Assembly (NCBI GenBank): GCA_965261595.1
Contig: CBDHDG010000007.1
Location: 576,001-640,000, forward strand
DNA length: 64,000 nt
Direction of reading: 5' to 3'
From: a bacterium
GTDB taxonomy: Bacteria > UBA8248 > JACPRG01 > G963555815
A model generated the notes under the pieces. That model had not been told where the DNA came from. It worked only from the letters and a program-made list of their open reading frames with translations, and made no database searches. The translations under genes and the position numbers were made by a program. Shown one piece after another: positions 40,613 to 51,160 of the stretch (positions are counted from its first letter, which is position 1; the number at the start of each line of letters is the position of its first letter).

Positions 40613-41494
40613 ATGATGAGCTTCTTGGATCTCGCGCAAACCCTGGCGGTTATCGTGGCGATCATATTCGCCGTCGGAGACATCCTCGGCCGGCTTGCCG
40701 TCCGTCATTCCACGCCCTACACGGGAGCACTGTTGGGCACGCTCGCCGGACTGGTTTTATTTGCCCTGATCGCCCTGGGATCCGGGTCCTGGGTGGCCGT
40801 CAACCTCGCGGGGATCTCCTGGTTCGTTGTGGCGGGGGTGTTCTATCCCGGTTTCGGCTACATCGCGATTTTCAAGGCCTTCGAGCGTGTGGGCGTCGCG
40901 CGGACGGCGGCGGTCCTGGGCATGTCGCCGATGATCAGCGTCGGCATCGCCATCCTGTTCCTGGGGGAGCGGCCGGGATTCTTCGTGCTTTGCGGGACGG
41001 TCCTGATTGTTCTGGGGGTCGTGAGCATCAGCCTGGAAAAGGTTGACGGGGAGGGGAGGATGTCCTTCAGGAAACTGCTCTGGCCCATCCTGACGGCCGT
41101 CTGCTTCGGCGTCACCCCCATCCTCAGGAAAACCGGTCTCCACTATCTTCCTTCCCCGGTGATGGGTATGTTGTTCTCCTCGATCGGCGGCATGTTTGTC
41201 CTCCTGGCCTGCATCGGGCTTATTCCCCGCGCGCAACGATTCAGCCGCCATCGCCTGGGCGGGGTTCAATTTATCCTCACGGGCCTCATTTACGCCCTGG
41301 CGGTCTATCTCTACTTCGTGGCCCTGAGCAAAGGGCCGGTTTCGCTCGTGGCGCCGCTCGTTTTGACTTATCCCCTCTTCGTGCTAATCATGATGGCCTT
41401 GGCGTTCAGAAAACTGGAGCGGATCACGCCGCGTCTGATCGTGGGGGCGCTTTTGACCGTTGCCGGGGCGGGGGTGATTACCGGCCTTGGCTAG
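40613..41494 (+). CDS. DMT/EamA family transporter
   Basis: About 10 TM segments, FLGE motif, two EamA repeats. Confidence 0.88.
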   Translation: MMSFLDLAQTLAVIVAIIFAVGDILGRLAVRHSTPYTGALLGTLAGLVLFALIALGSGSWVAVNLAGISWFVVAGVFYPGFGYIAIFKAFERVGVARTAAVLGMSPMISVGIAILFLGERPGFFVLCGTVLIVLGVVSISLEKVDGEGRMSFRKLLWPILTAVCFGVTPILRKTGLHYLPSPVMGMLFSSIGGMFVLLACIGLIPRAQRFSRHRLGGVQFILTGLIYALAVYLYFVALSKGPVSLVAPLVLTYPLFVLIMMALAFRKLERITPRLIVGALLTVAGAGVITGLG

Positions 41495-41770
41495 CGGAGT
41501 CAATGGTTCCGCGGGACCACGCCCGAATCAAGACTGCCTACAAGGGGAAATCTCCGCCGGGGTGGTATAAGATGACGGAGCCATCCAGCGTGATTCTGGA
41601 CACAAAACCTCTTTGAAGCGGCATCACCCATGCATGACGCCATCCTCAGATCGGTATTGATTTTCTCTTTTCGATGAGCGATGGAAACGAACATCAAAGA
41701 GGGAAATCCGATATCTCCCAAGTGAATTCCGGGGGTTTTCCATACCCTCCGCAAGGGGAAAAGGAGTGTC

Positions 41771-42454
41771 GTGACTTTGGCCACTTTGCAACCTTTGCAG
41801 AAAAAGCTGCTTTCAGAAAACGTGGTGGGGGCCATCCGGACCGCCATCTTGAACCGGGATTTGGAGATGGGCCAACGGCTGGTGGAGACCGAGCTGGCCG
41901 AGCAGTTGCGCGTCAGCCGCGGCCCCATCCGGGAGGCCCTTCGCCTTCTGGCGGCCGAGGGCCTGGTGCTCATCAACGCCCATCGGGGGACCTTCGTCCT
42001 CAAGCCCACGGAAGTGGACGTGGAAGAGATCTACAGCCTGCGCGAAACCCTGGAGGTCCTGGCGATTCAGCGGGTCGTGCGGCTGGCCTCCGATGAGGAG
42101 GTCGACTCGCTCGGCGCCATCGGAGAACGATTCAATGTCGTTGCGCCGGGAAAAAATGTCAGCCAGCTTGTCGAGCTGGACATGGAGTTCCACGGCCGGC
42201 TGTTCCATCTCGCCCGGCATCGGCGGGTTCTGAATAACTGGTCCGCTCTCCAGTCGCAGGTCCGTCTGTGCATCGCCGCCAGTATGGATCAGCATGAGAA
42301 ACGTCCGATCTCGTTCCTCGGACAGGACCATGCGGTGATCGTTCAGGCCGTCCGGGACCGCGACGCCGAGACCGCCGGCCGCCTGCTGGGCCAGCACATC
42401 CAAAAGGGGGCCGAATTCGTCCGGAGGGCGATGCAATCCGTCTCGAAGTCGTAG
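41771..42454 (+). CDS. GntR/FCD family transcriptional regulator
   Basis: GQRLVETELAEQLRVSRGPIREAL; DMEFH. Confidence 0.92.
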   Translation: MTLATLQPLQKKLLSENVVGAIRTAILNRDLEMGQRLVETELAEQLRVSRGPIREALRLLAAEGLVLINAHRGTFVLKPTEVDVEEIYSLRETLEVLAIQRVVRLASDEEVDSLGAIGERFNVVAPGKNVSQLVELDMEFHGRLFHLARHRRVLNNWSALQSQVRLCIAASMDQHEKRPISFLGQDHAVIVQAVRDRDAETAGRLLGQHIQKGAEFVRRAMQSVSKS

Positions 42455-42557
42455 GGACCCCCGGGTCTTCTCCGCGCGGGCATTCCGATGCCGCCGGTCG
42501 ATTGGGCCGGAAGAAAGAGATTCGAGGTTCAAAGCAAGACAAAGGGAGTGAGTTGCC

Positions 42558-43451
42558 ATGCTGAGCGCGGAAACACTTCGGGGCGTTTATTCAGCCATCG
42601 TGACGTCCTTCCAAGGGGATGAGACGCTCGACGAGGGGGCGCTCCGCAAGCAGACAGAGTACGTCATCGAGAACGGCGTCCACGCCATCATGTCCACGGG
42701 CGGGACGGGCGAGTTCCCCCACATGACCCGGGAAGAGAGAAAAGCGGCCAATGCCGTCATCACGGACCAGGCGGCCGGCCGGATCCCGATCATCGCCGGA
42801 ACGGCGGGATGCAGCACGCGGGAAGCCGTCTTTCTGTCCCAGGACGCCCAGGATGCGGGCGCGGCGGCCGTCATCCTCACCCCGACCTACTACTTCAAGA
42901 TTCCCGAGGAGGGGCTGAAGCGGCACTTCTTCGACGTGGCCGAAGCCCTGGACATTCCGGTCGTGATTTACAACAATCCGCTTTACACGGGCAATCCCAT
43001 GTCGCCGTCTCTCATGGCGGAAATCATGGAGCACCGGAACATCATCGGCGGAAAGCTGAGTCAGGACGACATGGGGCAGCTTGTCGAGACCCTCCGGATC
43101 ACCCGCGGCCGGGTGTCCGTGAACACCGGGATCGACAGCCAGTTCTACCCGGCCCTCTGCGTAGGCTCGCGGGGGATATTCTCCACGGCCTCCTGTGTCA
43201 TCCCCCGGCAGATGGCGGACATCTACGACCACTTCCTCGCGGGCCGTCACGAAGAAGCCCGCGAGCTCCACATGAAGGTCCAGGTCCTCAACCGCTTCCT
43301 CGAGTACGACCCCGGATACGTCGCGCCCGCCAAGGAAGCGCTGGCCATGCTGGGCATCCCCTGCGGCGCCGCCCGCAAACCGTTGCCGCCCCTCACGGAC
43401 GAGCAGCGCGCGGGCGTGAAAGCCGCCCTGCAAGCGCTGGGCATGCTCTGA
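42558..43451 (+). CDS. Dihydrodipicolinate synthase (DapA/NAL) family aldolase
   Basis: GGTGE, PTYY, YNNP, Schiff-base K in GGKLS. Confidence 0.9.
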   Translation: MLSAETLRGVYSAIVTSFQGDETLDEGALRKQTEYVIENGVHAIMSTGGTGEFPHMTREERKAANAVITDQAAGRIPIIAGTAGCSTREAVFLSQDAQDAGAAAVILTPTYYFKIPEEGLKRHFFDVAEALDIPVVIYNNPLYTGNPMSPSLMAEIMEHRNIIGGKLSQDDMGQLVETLRITRGRVSVNTGIDSQFYPALCVGSRGIFSTASCVIPRQMADIYDHFLAGRHEEARELHMKVQVLNRFLEYDPGYVAPAKEALAMLGIPCGAARKPLPPLTDEQRAGVKAALQALGML

Positions 43452-43505
43452 GACCCGAATCGACTCTCCCCGGTCCGAGAAGAGACCGGCGGGGGAACGC
43501 GCCCG

Positions 43506-44729
43506 GTGAGTCCTAAGCTTCCGCCGATCGATCCGGATTACACCGTCGGACTCCTGACCGATTTGGTCCGGATCAACAGCGTCAACCCGATGACCTCCCA
43601 GGGGGCCGCGGCTTCGGATGGCCCGGGACCGCCCGGAGAATCCCGGATCGCGGCCCGGTTGGCCGAGGCCATGATGGACCTCGGGGCCGAAGTCGAGATC
43701 ACGCCCGCCGATGAGGCGGGAGAGGAGGCCGACCGGCGGCCGAACGTCATGGGCCGTTGGCCGGGAGAGGGGCGGGGGGCGCGGCCCGGTCCGGAGATCG
43801 TTCTCTGCTCTCACCTGGACACCGTCGGGGTGGCGGGCATGGAGGCCCCCTTCGATCCCGCCGTCCGGGACGGTCGGGTCTTCGGCCGGGGGTCCCTCGA
43901 CGCCAAGGGCCAGTTGGTGATGTTCCTGGCCGCCCTCCACGCCGCGCGGAAGATGGAGGAGCCGCTTCCAGCGAACGTGACGATCGCCGCCGTCAGCGAC
44001 GAGGAAGACCAGAGCGTCGGGGCGCGAAGCATTTTAAAAACGCTTCAGGGGGATTTTTGCATCATCGGGGAGCCGACCGGTCTGGACCTGGTCCTGGCGC
44101 ATAAAGGCTTCTGCTGGATCGAGATCGAGACGTTCGGCAGGGCGGTCCACGGCAGCGTTCCCGAACAGGGAATAGACGCCATCGCCAAGATGGCCGAGGT
44201 CATCCGGGCCGTCGAGGGATTGAAACCGTCTTTGAGGGAGCGCGTCCATCCGCTGCTCGATCACCCCATGATCCACATGGGCGTCATCGAGGGGGGCTCG
44301 GGCGTCAGCACGGTCCCCGACCATTGCCGCCTGACCCTGGAGGTGAGGATGTGTTTGCGGGAGGAGGCCGAGGGAATTTTCGCGGAAATTCGTGATATCC
44401 TGCGTCGCCTCTCGGGGGTCGACCCGGACCTGAAGGCCGAGGCCCGGCTGGGCGTCGTCCGCCAACCCATGGAAATCGATCCGGATCATCCCCTGGTGTC
44501 GGGACTCGCCGCCGCCGTGGAGGCCGCGCTCGGCAAGCCGCCCGCCAGAAACGTCATGGGGGCGTGGACGGACGCCGGGTATTTCGCGGAGAAGATCCCC
44601 ACCGTGGTCTTCGGACCGGGCGACCTGGGCCTCGCCCACTCCAAGGAAGAATTCGTCCCCATCGAAGAGATCGTCCGGGGTGCCGCCGCCGTTCTGCGGT
44701 TATTGACTTCTCCTCCCACAATGGAATGA
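43506..44729 (+). CDS. M20 family (ArgE/DapE-like) metallohydrolase
   Basis: SHLDTV, GRGSLDAKG, DEE, GEPT, AHSKEE. Confidence 0.9.
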   Translation: MSPKLPPIDPDYTVGLLTDLVRINSVNPMTSQGAAASDGPGPPGESRIAARLAEAMMDLGAEVEITPADEAGEEADRRPNVMGRWPGEGRGARPGPEIVLCSHLDTVGVAGMEAPFDPAVRDGRVFGRGSLDAKGQLVMFLAALHAARKMEEPLPANVTIAAVSDEEDQSVGARSILKTLQGDFCIIGEPTGLDLVLAHKGFCWIEIETFGRAVHGSVPEQGIDAIAKMAEVIRAVEGLKPSLRERVHPLLDHPMIHMGVIEGGSGVSTVPDHCRLTLEVRMCLREEAEGIFAEIRDILRRLSGVDPDLKAEARLGVVRQPMEIDPDHPLVSGLAAAVEAALGKPPARNVMGAWTDAGYFAEKIPTVVFGPGDLGLAHSKEEFVPIEEIVRGAAAVLRLLTSPPTME

Positions 44730-44736
44730 ACCGGAA

Positions 44737-45870
44737 ATGAGCGAAACGAAAAGTCCCGTCGGCGAAATCCTGCGCAGAGGCATGGAGTCCCTTTCCCCGC
44801 TGGCGCCGATTGCCGACGCGGCGGAGGTGAAGCGAAGGTCCGGCCGGGAGGTGGCCCGCATCGGGACCAACGAGAACCCGATGGCCCCATCCCCGGCGGC
44901 CGTCGCGGCGGCCGGGCGGGCGCTCCAGGAGCCCAACCGCTATCCCGACCCGATGAGCCGAGAGCTTCGGGAGGCCATCGGAGCTCATCACGGCCTGACG
45001 GCCGGGCACGTCTTCGTGGGCAACGGGGGCGATGAGGTCATTTCGGTCTTTTCCCGCGCCCTCCTCAACGAAGAGGACGAGGTCCTCATCCCCTGGCCGG
45101 CCTTCTCGACGTATGTGGTCACCGCCCAGGTGGCGGGGGCGCAAGTGATCCTCAGTCCGCTGAAGGACCACGCCATCGACGTGGACGACGTCCTGTCCCG
45201 AATCACGGACCGGACGAAGCTCCTTTATCTCTGCAATCCCAACAACCCGACCGCGACGATGCTGGCCCCGGAGGACTTCGAGCGGATCGCCGCGGCCGTT
45301 CCCGCGCGCGCCGTCGTCATTTCCGATGAGGCCTACCGGGATTTTGTGGAGGACGAGGTCCCCTATGCCGACACCGTGGGCCGGCTCCGGAGGGGGGACG
45401 CCCCGCATCTGCTGATCGTCAAGACCTTCTCCAAGGTCTACGCGCTGGCGGGGTTGCGCGTGGGCTACCTCCTGGGCGATCCCGAGGTGATCGCCCACCT
45501 GTTCCGCGCCAAGGAGTTCTTCAACGTCAACCGGGTCGCCCAGGCGGCGGCCCAAGCGGCGCTGGAGGATGAGGAACACTATCAAAAGAGCCGCGCGTTC
45601 ATCATCGGGGAGCGCAGATACATCGAAGCCGAGATCAGAGAGCGGGGTCTTCGATACGTCCCGTCGCAGACCAATTTCATTCTGATCGAGATCGGCGGAC
45701 AGGATGAGGCCGACGCGGTGTTCGAAAGGCTCCTGGACCGGGGGATCCTGGCCCGCGCCGGAAAGGGATTCGGGGCGCCCGGAACGGTCCGTATCTCAAT
45801 CGGAACGCGCGAGGAGAACGAGCGGGTCCTGGCGGTGTTGATTGAAGGCCACACATCACGAGGGCCTTGA
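44737..45870 (+). CDS. hisC: Histidinol-phosphate aminotransferase family
   Basis: NENP, RYPDP, GNGGDE, CNPNNPT, DEAY, TFSKVYALAGLRVGY. Confidence 0.85.
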   Translation: MSETKSPVGEILRRGMESLSPLAPIADAAEVKRRSGREVARIGTNENPMAPSPAAVAAAGRALQEPNRYPDPMSRELREAIGAHHGLTAGHVFVGNGGDEVISVFSRALLNEEDEVLIPWPAFSTYVVTAQVAGAQVILSPLKDHAIDVDDVLSRITDRTKLLYLCNPNNPTATMLAPEDFERIAAAVPARAVVISDEAYRDFVEDEVPYADTVGRLRRGDAPHLLIVKTFSKVYALAGLRVGYLLGDPEVIAHLFRAKEFFNVNRVAQAAAQAALEDEEHYQKSRAFIIGERRYIEAEIRERGLRYVPSQTNFILIEIGGQDEADAVFERLLDRGILARAGKGFGAPGTVRISIGTREENERVLAVLIEGHTSRGP

Positions 45871-46185
45871 TGCGGGGGGGGCGCTTGCGTGCCGACCAAA
45901 CTGGGCGCTTGCGCGCCGGCCAAGCTGCGGATGGAGGGGTTGTGCTTATTACAATCTCCTCTGGCGCACGGTTGTCCGGTTCGTCTCAAAAGGTAAGCGC
46001 ACGAGTGCGGAAATCCAGACACCGAGTGGCCGCCCCAACGTCATTAGGCGATAGTGTGCTTTGCACACTATCGCAAAAACTGACGCTTTGGCCGGATGCT
46101 GCGGCTGCCCTAGGCAGACGGGCATCCGGCCAAAGACACAAGCCATCAAGGGCCACAGCCGACCGGTACAGCCAATCCAACACCC

Positions 46186-46272
46186 GCCCCGGTAAGGCTA
46201 AAGCCAGAGGCTTGGCCGCCGAAAGTTTTTCGGGGGGGTCCAGGGGGGGCGGTTTTTCAAAAAAGCCCCCCC
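46186..46272. repeat. Modular hairpin repeat
   Basis: GGTAAGGCTAAAGCC-AGA-GGCTTGGCC...GGGGGGTCCAGGGGGGGCGGTTTTTCAAAAAAGCCCCC. Confidence 0.65.
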
Positions 46273-46294
46273 TGGGAGGTGGACGGGAGAAGGT

Positions 46295-47689
46295 ATGAAC
46301 GCGACACCGCCTGATCCGCTCAAAGGGTATCGGGGACGCGCCCTGGAGGCGTTGAAGTCCTTCGGCGTGCGAGTGTGGAGCGAGGTCGAAGCCGAGACCA
46401 AGCGCGGGAAGTTTCACGGGATCATCCTGCCCCGCGCCGAACAGGCCGACGATCGGCACATCGTCCTGAAGCTCCCCACCGGATACAACGTCGGCGTCTC
46501 GGCCGAAAGCCTCCTGGACCTGCGGGAGGTCGGTTACCGGGAAGCCCACTACCAGATCCCCGAGAAAGAGTTCCCGACCGACCCGTCGAAGCCCGACGTG
46601 ACGCTCCTCGGGACGGGCGGGACGATCGCCAGCCGGCTGGACTACCGGACCGGGGCCGTCATCCCGGCCTTCTCGCCGGGGGAGCTCTACGGAGCCGTTC
46701 CGGAGCTGGCCGACATCTGCAACCTCAAGACCATCAAGCTGTACGGCGTATTCAGCGAGAACATCAGGCCCGAGCACTGGATCGGGACGGCGCGCGCCAT
46801 CGAGCGGGAGATCACACACGGGGTGGACGGGATCGTCGTCGGACACGGCACCGACACGATGCACTACACGGCGGCGGCCCTGACCTTCATGGTCCAGGAC
46901 CCGCCGGTCCCCATCGTCCTGGTCGGCTCGCAGAGATCGAGCGACCGGCCGAGCTCGGACGCGGCCCTCAACCTCATTCACGCCACCCACGCCGCCGCCC
47001 GGGGAAAGATCGCGGAGGTCATGGTCTGTATGTTCGGCCCCACCAGCGACGCCTACGCCCTGCTCCACCGGGGGGTCCGGGTCCGGAAGATGCACAGCAG
47101 CTACCGCTCGACCTTCCGGACACTCGGCGACACGCCCCTGGCCAAAATCGAGCGTGACGTCCTGACGTCCATCAAGACCGACTGGCGGCCGAGGAGGGAG
47201 GACCGGAAGGTCCGCGTCGAGACCCGGTTCGAGGAGCGGGTCGCCATCCTCTACTACTACCCCAACATGCATCCCGACGTGCTCGAGGCCTTCATCGACA
47301 ATGGATACAAGGGCATCGTCATCGCCGGCACGGGGTTGGGACACGTCAATAAGCCCCTTTACCCCGCCTTGGAGAAGGCCCGGGACGCGGGAATCCCGGT
47401 GTTCATGACCGTCCAGACCCTTTGGGGATACACACAGATGTACGTCTACGACTCGGGGCGCGACATCCTGGAGCGGGGGGTGATCCCGCTCGGCAACATG
47501 CTCCCCGAAGTGGCCTACGTGAAGCTCGGCTGGGCGCTCGGCCAAACGGACGACCCGGAGGAAGTGAAACGAATCATGCTCACCCCGGTTTCGGACGAGA
47601 TCACCGACCGGGAGCCCCCCAACGGCTACGTCATCCTCCAGGGCGGCCTCCCCGAGGTGGACGAGTTCCTCGGCCGGTATTGGAAATAG
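46295..47689 (+). CDS. gatD: Glu-tRNA(Gln) amidotransferase subunit D
   Basis: N-terminal GatD domain (HIVLKLPTGYNVG) plus asparaginase core GTGGTIASRLDYRTGAV, HGTDT, GSQRSSDRPSSDA, RKMHSS. Confidence 0.92.
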   Translation: MNATPPDPLKGYRGRALEALKSFGVRVWSEVEAETKRGKFHGIILPRAEQADDRHIVLKLPTGYNVGVSAESLLDLREVGYREAHYQIPEKEFPTDPSKPDVTLLGTGGTIASRLDYRTGAVIPAFSPGELYGAVPELADICNLKTIKLYGVFSENIRPEHWIGTARAIEREITHGVDGIVVGHGTDTMHYTAAALTFMVQDPPVPIVLVGSQRSSDRPSSDAALNLIHATHAAARGKIAEVMVCMFGPTSDAYALLHRGVRVRKMHSSYRSTFRTLGDTPLAKIERDVLTSIKTDWRPRREDRKVRVETRFEERVAILYYYPNMHPDVLEAFIDNGYKGIVIAGTGLGHVNKPLYPALEKARDAGIPVFMTVQTLWGYTQMYVYDSGRDILERGVIPLGNMLPEVAYVKLGWALGQTDDPEEVKRIMLTPVSDEITDREPPNGYVILQGGLPEVDEFLGRYWK

Positions 47690-47774
47690 CGGCCTGCGCG
47701 CTGACTCGTCTCGACGATTGTGTTAGTAAAAAGCGGATTTCAATGGAAAATGACTTGCTGAACCATTCGTCCGA

Positions 47775-47859
47775 GGGGCTGGTACGGCGCCCGGCCCCTA
47801 CATTCTGGTAGCGTAGAATCCTTCCACAGATGTAGGGGAGGGGCTCCGCACCCTCCCCC
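47775..47859. repeat. GTAG-type REP pair between gatD and gatE
   Basis: GGGGCTGGTACGGCGCCCGGCCCCTAC and GTAGGGGAGGGGCTCCGCACCCTCCCC. Confidence 0.65.
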
Positions 47860-47882
47860 ATCACTTCCGCACTGACTGTCGT

Positions 47883-49842
47883 TCAGGTGGTCGGGTCAGC
47901 CGGCCGCGCGGCCTCCCACCGTTCTTCGAGCATGGCCCGAATCTCCCGTCCCTCCCTCCGGCCCCGCACCCGCTTCATCACGAATCCCATGAGGTAAGCG
48001 ACGCGGTTCTCATCGGCGGGGTTGTGCATGGGGGCCTTCCCACGTGAGGCAATGACCTCATCGATGGTCTCCCGCATCTCCTCGTCCGTCAGGGGAGACA
48101 AACCCGCGCCGTTCAGCGCCGCGTCCACTGTCAGACCGGGAGAGCTGGCCAGCCTTTCCAGAAGGCGCGGGATCGCCTCCCGGCCGAACCGGCCGTCTCG
48201 GTAGGCCCGGAAGAGGTCCACCCATTGCTCATCGCCGCAGGTTGTCAGGTCGGCCCCGCCCCCTGCCCCTTCCCCTCTTCCCCCGGCCGCCAGGGCCTTC
48301 CAATCGTGGACCAGCGTGATCCCCGCGAGGAGAGGCGGGACGCCCGTCTCCTCCATGATCCGGTCCAACAGGTTCCCCCGCGTCGAGAAGGCGAGGGCCT
48401 CGATGACGTCCGGCGGCAGCCCCCAGGCCCGGTAGCGGGCCTCCCGCTCCCAGGGCGGCTTCGATCCGGGCGATTCGCTCTTCCTCGACGGGAATCAGCG
48501 GAAGGTCCGTATCGGGATACATCCGGTCCGGTCCGGGAAGGACCCGCTCGAAATCGGTCGTGCCGTCTTTCAGCGCCTGGCGCGTTTCCATTGGGATTCC
48601 CACGGCCGCCTCCCGGCAGCGGGTCTCGATCTCCCGGACGGCCGTTTTGACATCTTCCTCCGGCCCCCAGACGATCAGGAGGGCGTCGGCTGAATCGGCC
48701 CCCGTGACTTCGGCCGCCGCATCCCAGGCGCCGAGGCTCAGCCGCTCCGGATGGCGCGGGTCGGAGGCCTCCCGGCAGAACAGGACAGGCGGCTGGTCGA
48801 GGCAGGCGATGACCCGGACCCGTCCCGCCACGTCCCGCAGGAAGGGCACGCTCTCGCCGCCGGGACCCTCCTGAAGGGACCGGTCGAGGATGCCCGCAAA
48901 GCGCGGAACCCGAACGGCCCACACCGCCCGACCCGCCGCGCGGGCCTTTCGCAGGATGGGATGATCCAATGAGGCGGCCGGCGCCGGGGCGGCGCGGGCG
49001 GAAATGTCCTCGGCCCCGATGCCGCGGCGTTTCAGCTCCTCGCGGATCTCCAGGAGCCCCTTCTGGCGGAGGGCCTCGTTGTGGGTCAGCGGCACGAAGG
49101 CCCTTACCCGCGGGACGCCCTTGATCTCGATCCGGGGCGCTCCGTCGATGCTCACGTTCACGTCCTGGCGGACCGAGCCGATTCCCCGCCGGACCTTTCC
49201 CGTCGAGCGGAGGATTTGCCCGATGCGCCACCCCACCTCGGCCACCTCCCCGGGGGTCCGCATCTCCGGATAGGTGACCACCTCGAACAGGGGCATGCCC
49301 AGCCGGTCCGTGCGGAACGTGATCCGGTGACCCTCGTCCCTCACCTCTCGGCAGGAGTCCTCCTCGATGCTCACCTGAACCACCGGAACCGTGCGGTCCG
49401 CCAGGGGGATTTCTCCTTCCACGCCGATGATGGCGGTTCGCTGAAAGCCGGTCGGAATGCTCCCGTCCAGGTACTGTTTCCGGGTGATGTGAATTTCCCC
49501 CACGATGCTGGAGCGGAACAGCAACGCCATCTCCAGGACGATATCGATCGTCTCGGGGTCCGGCGGAAACGGGGGCGTGTCGTCCATCTCATAGGTGCAA
49601 ACCGTGTCGTTGCGGACCTGATAGACAACCTCCTTGCGGGTCTTGAACTCCATGAGGGCGGTGCCGTCGTATTCGCCCAGCTCCGACAGGGTCGGCCGCA
49701 TGTGGCGAAGGAGCTCGGCGTCGTAACGCGGCGAATACCGGCCCGCCGGGCATCGGCAGAAAAGCTTCCGATCCGTCAGGAGTTGATAATGGACTTCGAG
49801 GCCCGAGCGAAAACCCAGGGCCTGATAATCGAGCTTCCGCAC
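47883..49842 (-). CDS. gatE: Glu-tRNA(Gln) amidotransferase subunit E (one frame break ~48455)
   Basis: DYQALGFRSGLEVHYQL, KLFCRCP, DGSIPTGFQRT, DRLGMPL, RRGIGSVRQDVNVSI, insertion domain, RVLPGPDRMYPDTDLP, C-terminal LMGFVMKRVRGR. Confidence 0.88.
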
Positions 49843-50094
49843 CGCATCGTTCCGAATAGAGGGAAATTCGAAAGGGAGAGATGTCTCGTTACGCGCCGAT
49901 TCTAATCCATCCCGGCGCCCGGCTCAAACCCGGGCTTCGGCGGCCGGGCCGGGTTTTCACCCCGCGGCGAACCGCGTGACTCCGGGGACATTCACGATTA
50001 TATTGAAGGTTTCGCAACACGTCCCGGACCGTCCGCGCACCAAGAGCCGCGGCGGTCGCCCAATCAGCTCCAATCCATTGGCAAGGGGAGAAAC

Positions 50095-51042
50095 ATGCAG
50101 CTTCTGACCTACAAAACGGACGGCGGGGAGAAAGTGGGTCTTCATGTTCAGGGAACGGTGTATGACATTCAGGCTTGTCTGGAGGAGGCGGGGGCGGACC
50201 TGGGCGCGTCTGTTCCTGGAGCCCTTCCGGACCTGAAGGGAATGATCGGCGCGTGGGACCGGTGGGAAGGCCCGCTCCGCGCGCTGGAAGAGAAATTGGA
50301 CGACTTCCGGGATCGGATTGCCGATTCCGCCCGACAACCGGTGCATAAGATCCCTTTCCTTCCGCCGATTCCCCGGCCCGGAAAGAACCCGGTCATGCTC
50401 GGCCGCAACTATCAGGCTCACGCCGACGAGGGCGCCCGGGTCTATGGCCCGGAGATCGGCTCCTCCGTCATCGAGCACCCCATCTATTTCACCAAGGCGG
50501 CCACCAGCCTCATCGGACACCGGGAGGGCGTCATCCACCACGCCGTCACGAATGAGCTGGACTACGAGGTGGAGCTGGCCGTTGTCATGGGCCGCGGCGG
50601 GCGGGCGATTCCGCCCGAGAAGGTCTTCGACCATGTTTTCGGCTATACGGTCTGCAACGATATCTCGGCCCGGGACCTCCAGCACAGACACAACCAGTGG
50701 TTTCTCGGAAAGTCCCTGGACGCCTCCTTCCCCATCGGTCCCTGGATTGTGACGAAAGACGAGATCCCCAATCCGCATTCACTGAACGTCGCCTGCCGCG
50801 TCAACGGGGAGACCCGCCAGGACGCCAACACTTCGGATTTTATTTTCGACATCCCGACCTGCGTATCCGTCTTTTCGCAGGGCGTCTCCTTCGAGGCCGG
50901 AGACATCCTCGCGACGGGGACGCCCGAGGGTTGCGGATTCGGGCTGGACCCTCCCCGGTTTCTGAAACCCGGAGATGTCGTGGAGTGCGAAGTCGAAGGG
51001 GTGGGTTGCCTCGTGAATCCGGTGGTCGCCCCGCCCGCGTAG
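50095..51042 (+). CDS. Fumarylacetoacetate hydrolase family protein
   Basis: GRNY, DYEVELAVV, NDISARD, GKSLD, ATGTPEG. Confidence 0.93.
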   Translation: MQLLTYKTDGGEKVGLHVQGTVYDIQACLEEAGADLGASVPGALPDLKGMIGAWDRWEGPLRALEEKLDDFRDRIADSARQPVHKIPFLPPIPRPGKNPVMLGRNYQAHADEGARVYGPEIGSSVIEHPIYFTKAATSLIGHREGVIHHAVTNELDYEVELAVVMGRGGRAIPPEKVFDHVFGYTVCNDISARDLQHRHNQWFLGKSLDASFPIGPWIVTKDEIPNPHSLNVACRVNGETRQDANTSDFIFDIPTCVSVFSQGVSFEAGDILATGTPEGCGFGLDPPRFLKPGDVVECEVEGVGCLVNPVVAPPA

Positions 51043-51095
51043 ACCCCCGGCTCCGCTCGCGGGCGCCCCGAAGTGGAGGAAGCCGGATGGCGGAC

Positions 51096-51138
51096 AAAAA
51101 AACCGGAGCGGCCAGCCAGGCCGCTCCGGTTTTTTTTT
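51096..51138. terminator. Bidirectional intrinsic terminator
   Basis: A7-CCGGAGCGGCC-loop-GGCCGCTCCGG-T9 between convergent genes. Confidence 0.85.
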
Positions 51139-51160
51139 ATGAGGCAGACTTACACGTGGT

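Noticed and set aside
46295..49842. Ordinary L-asparaginase plus gatB
   Set aside because: GatD N-terminal domain and GatE-specific motifs and insertion are present; GatB's YFYPDLPK motif is absent
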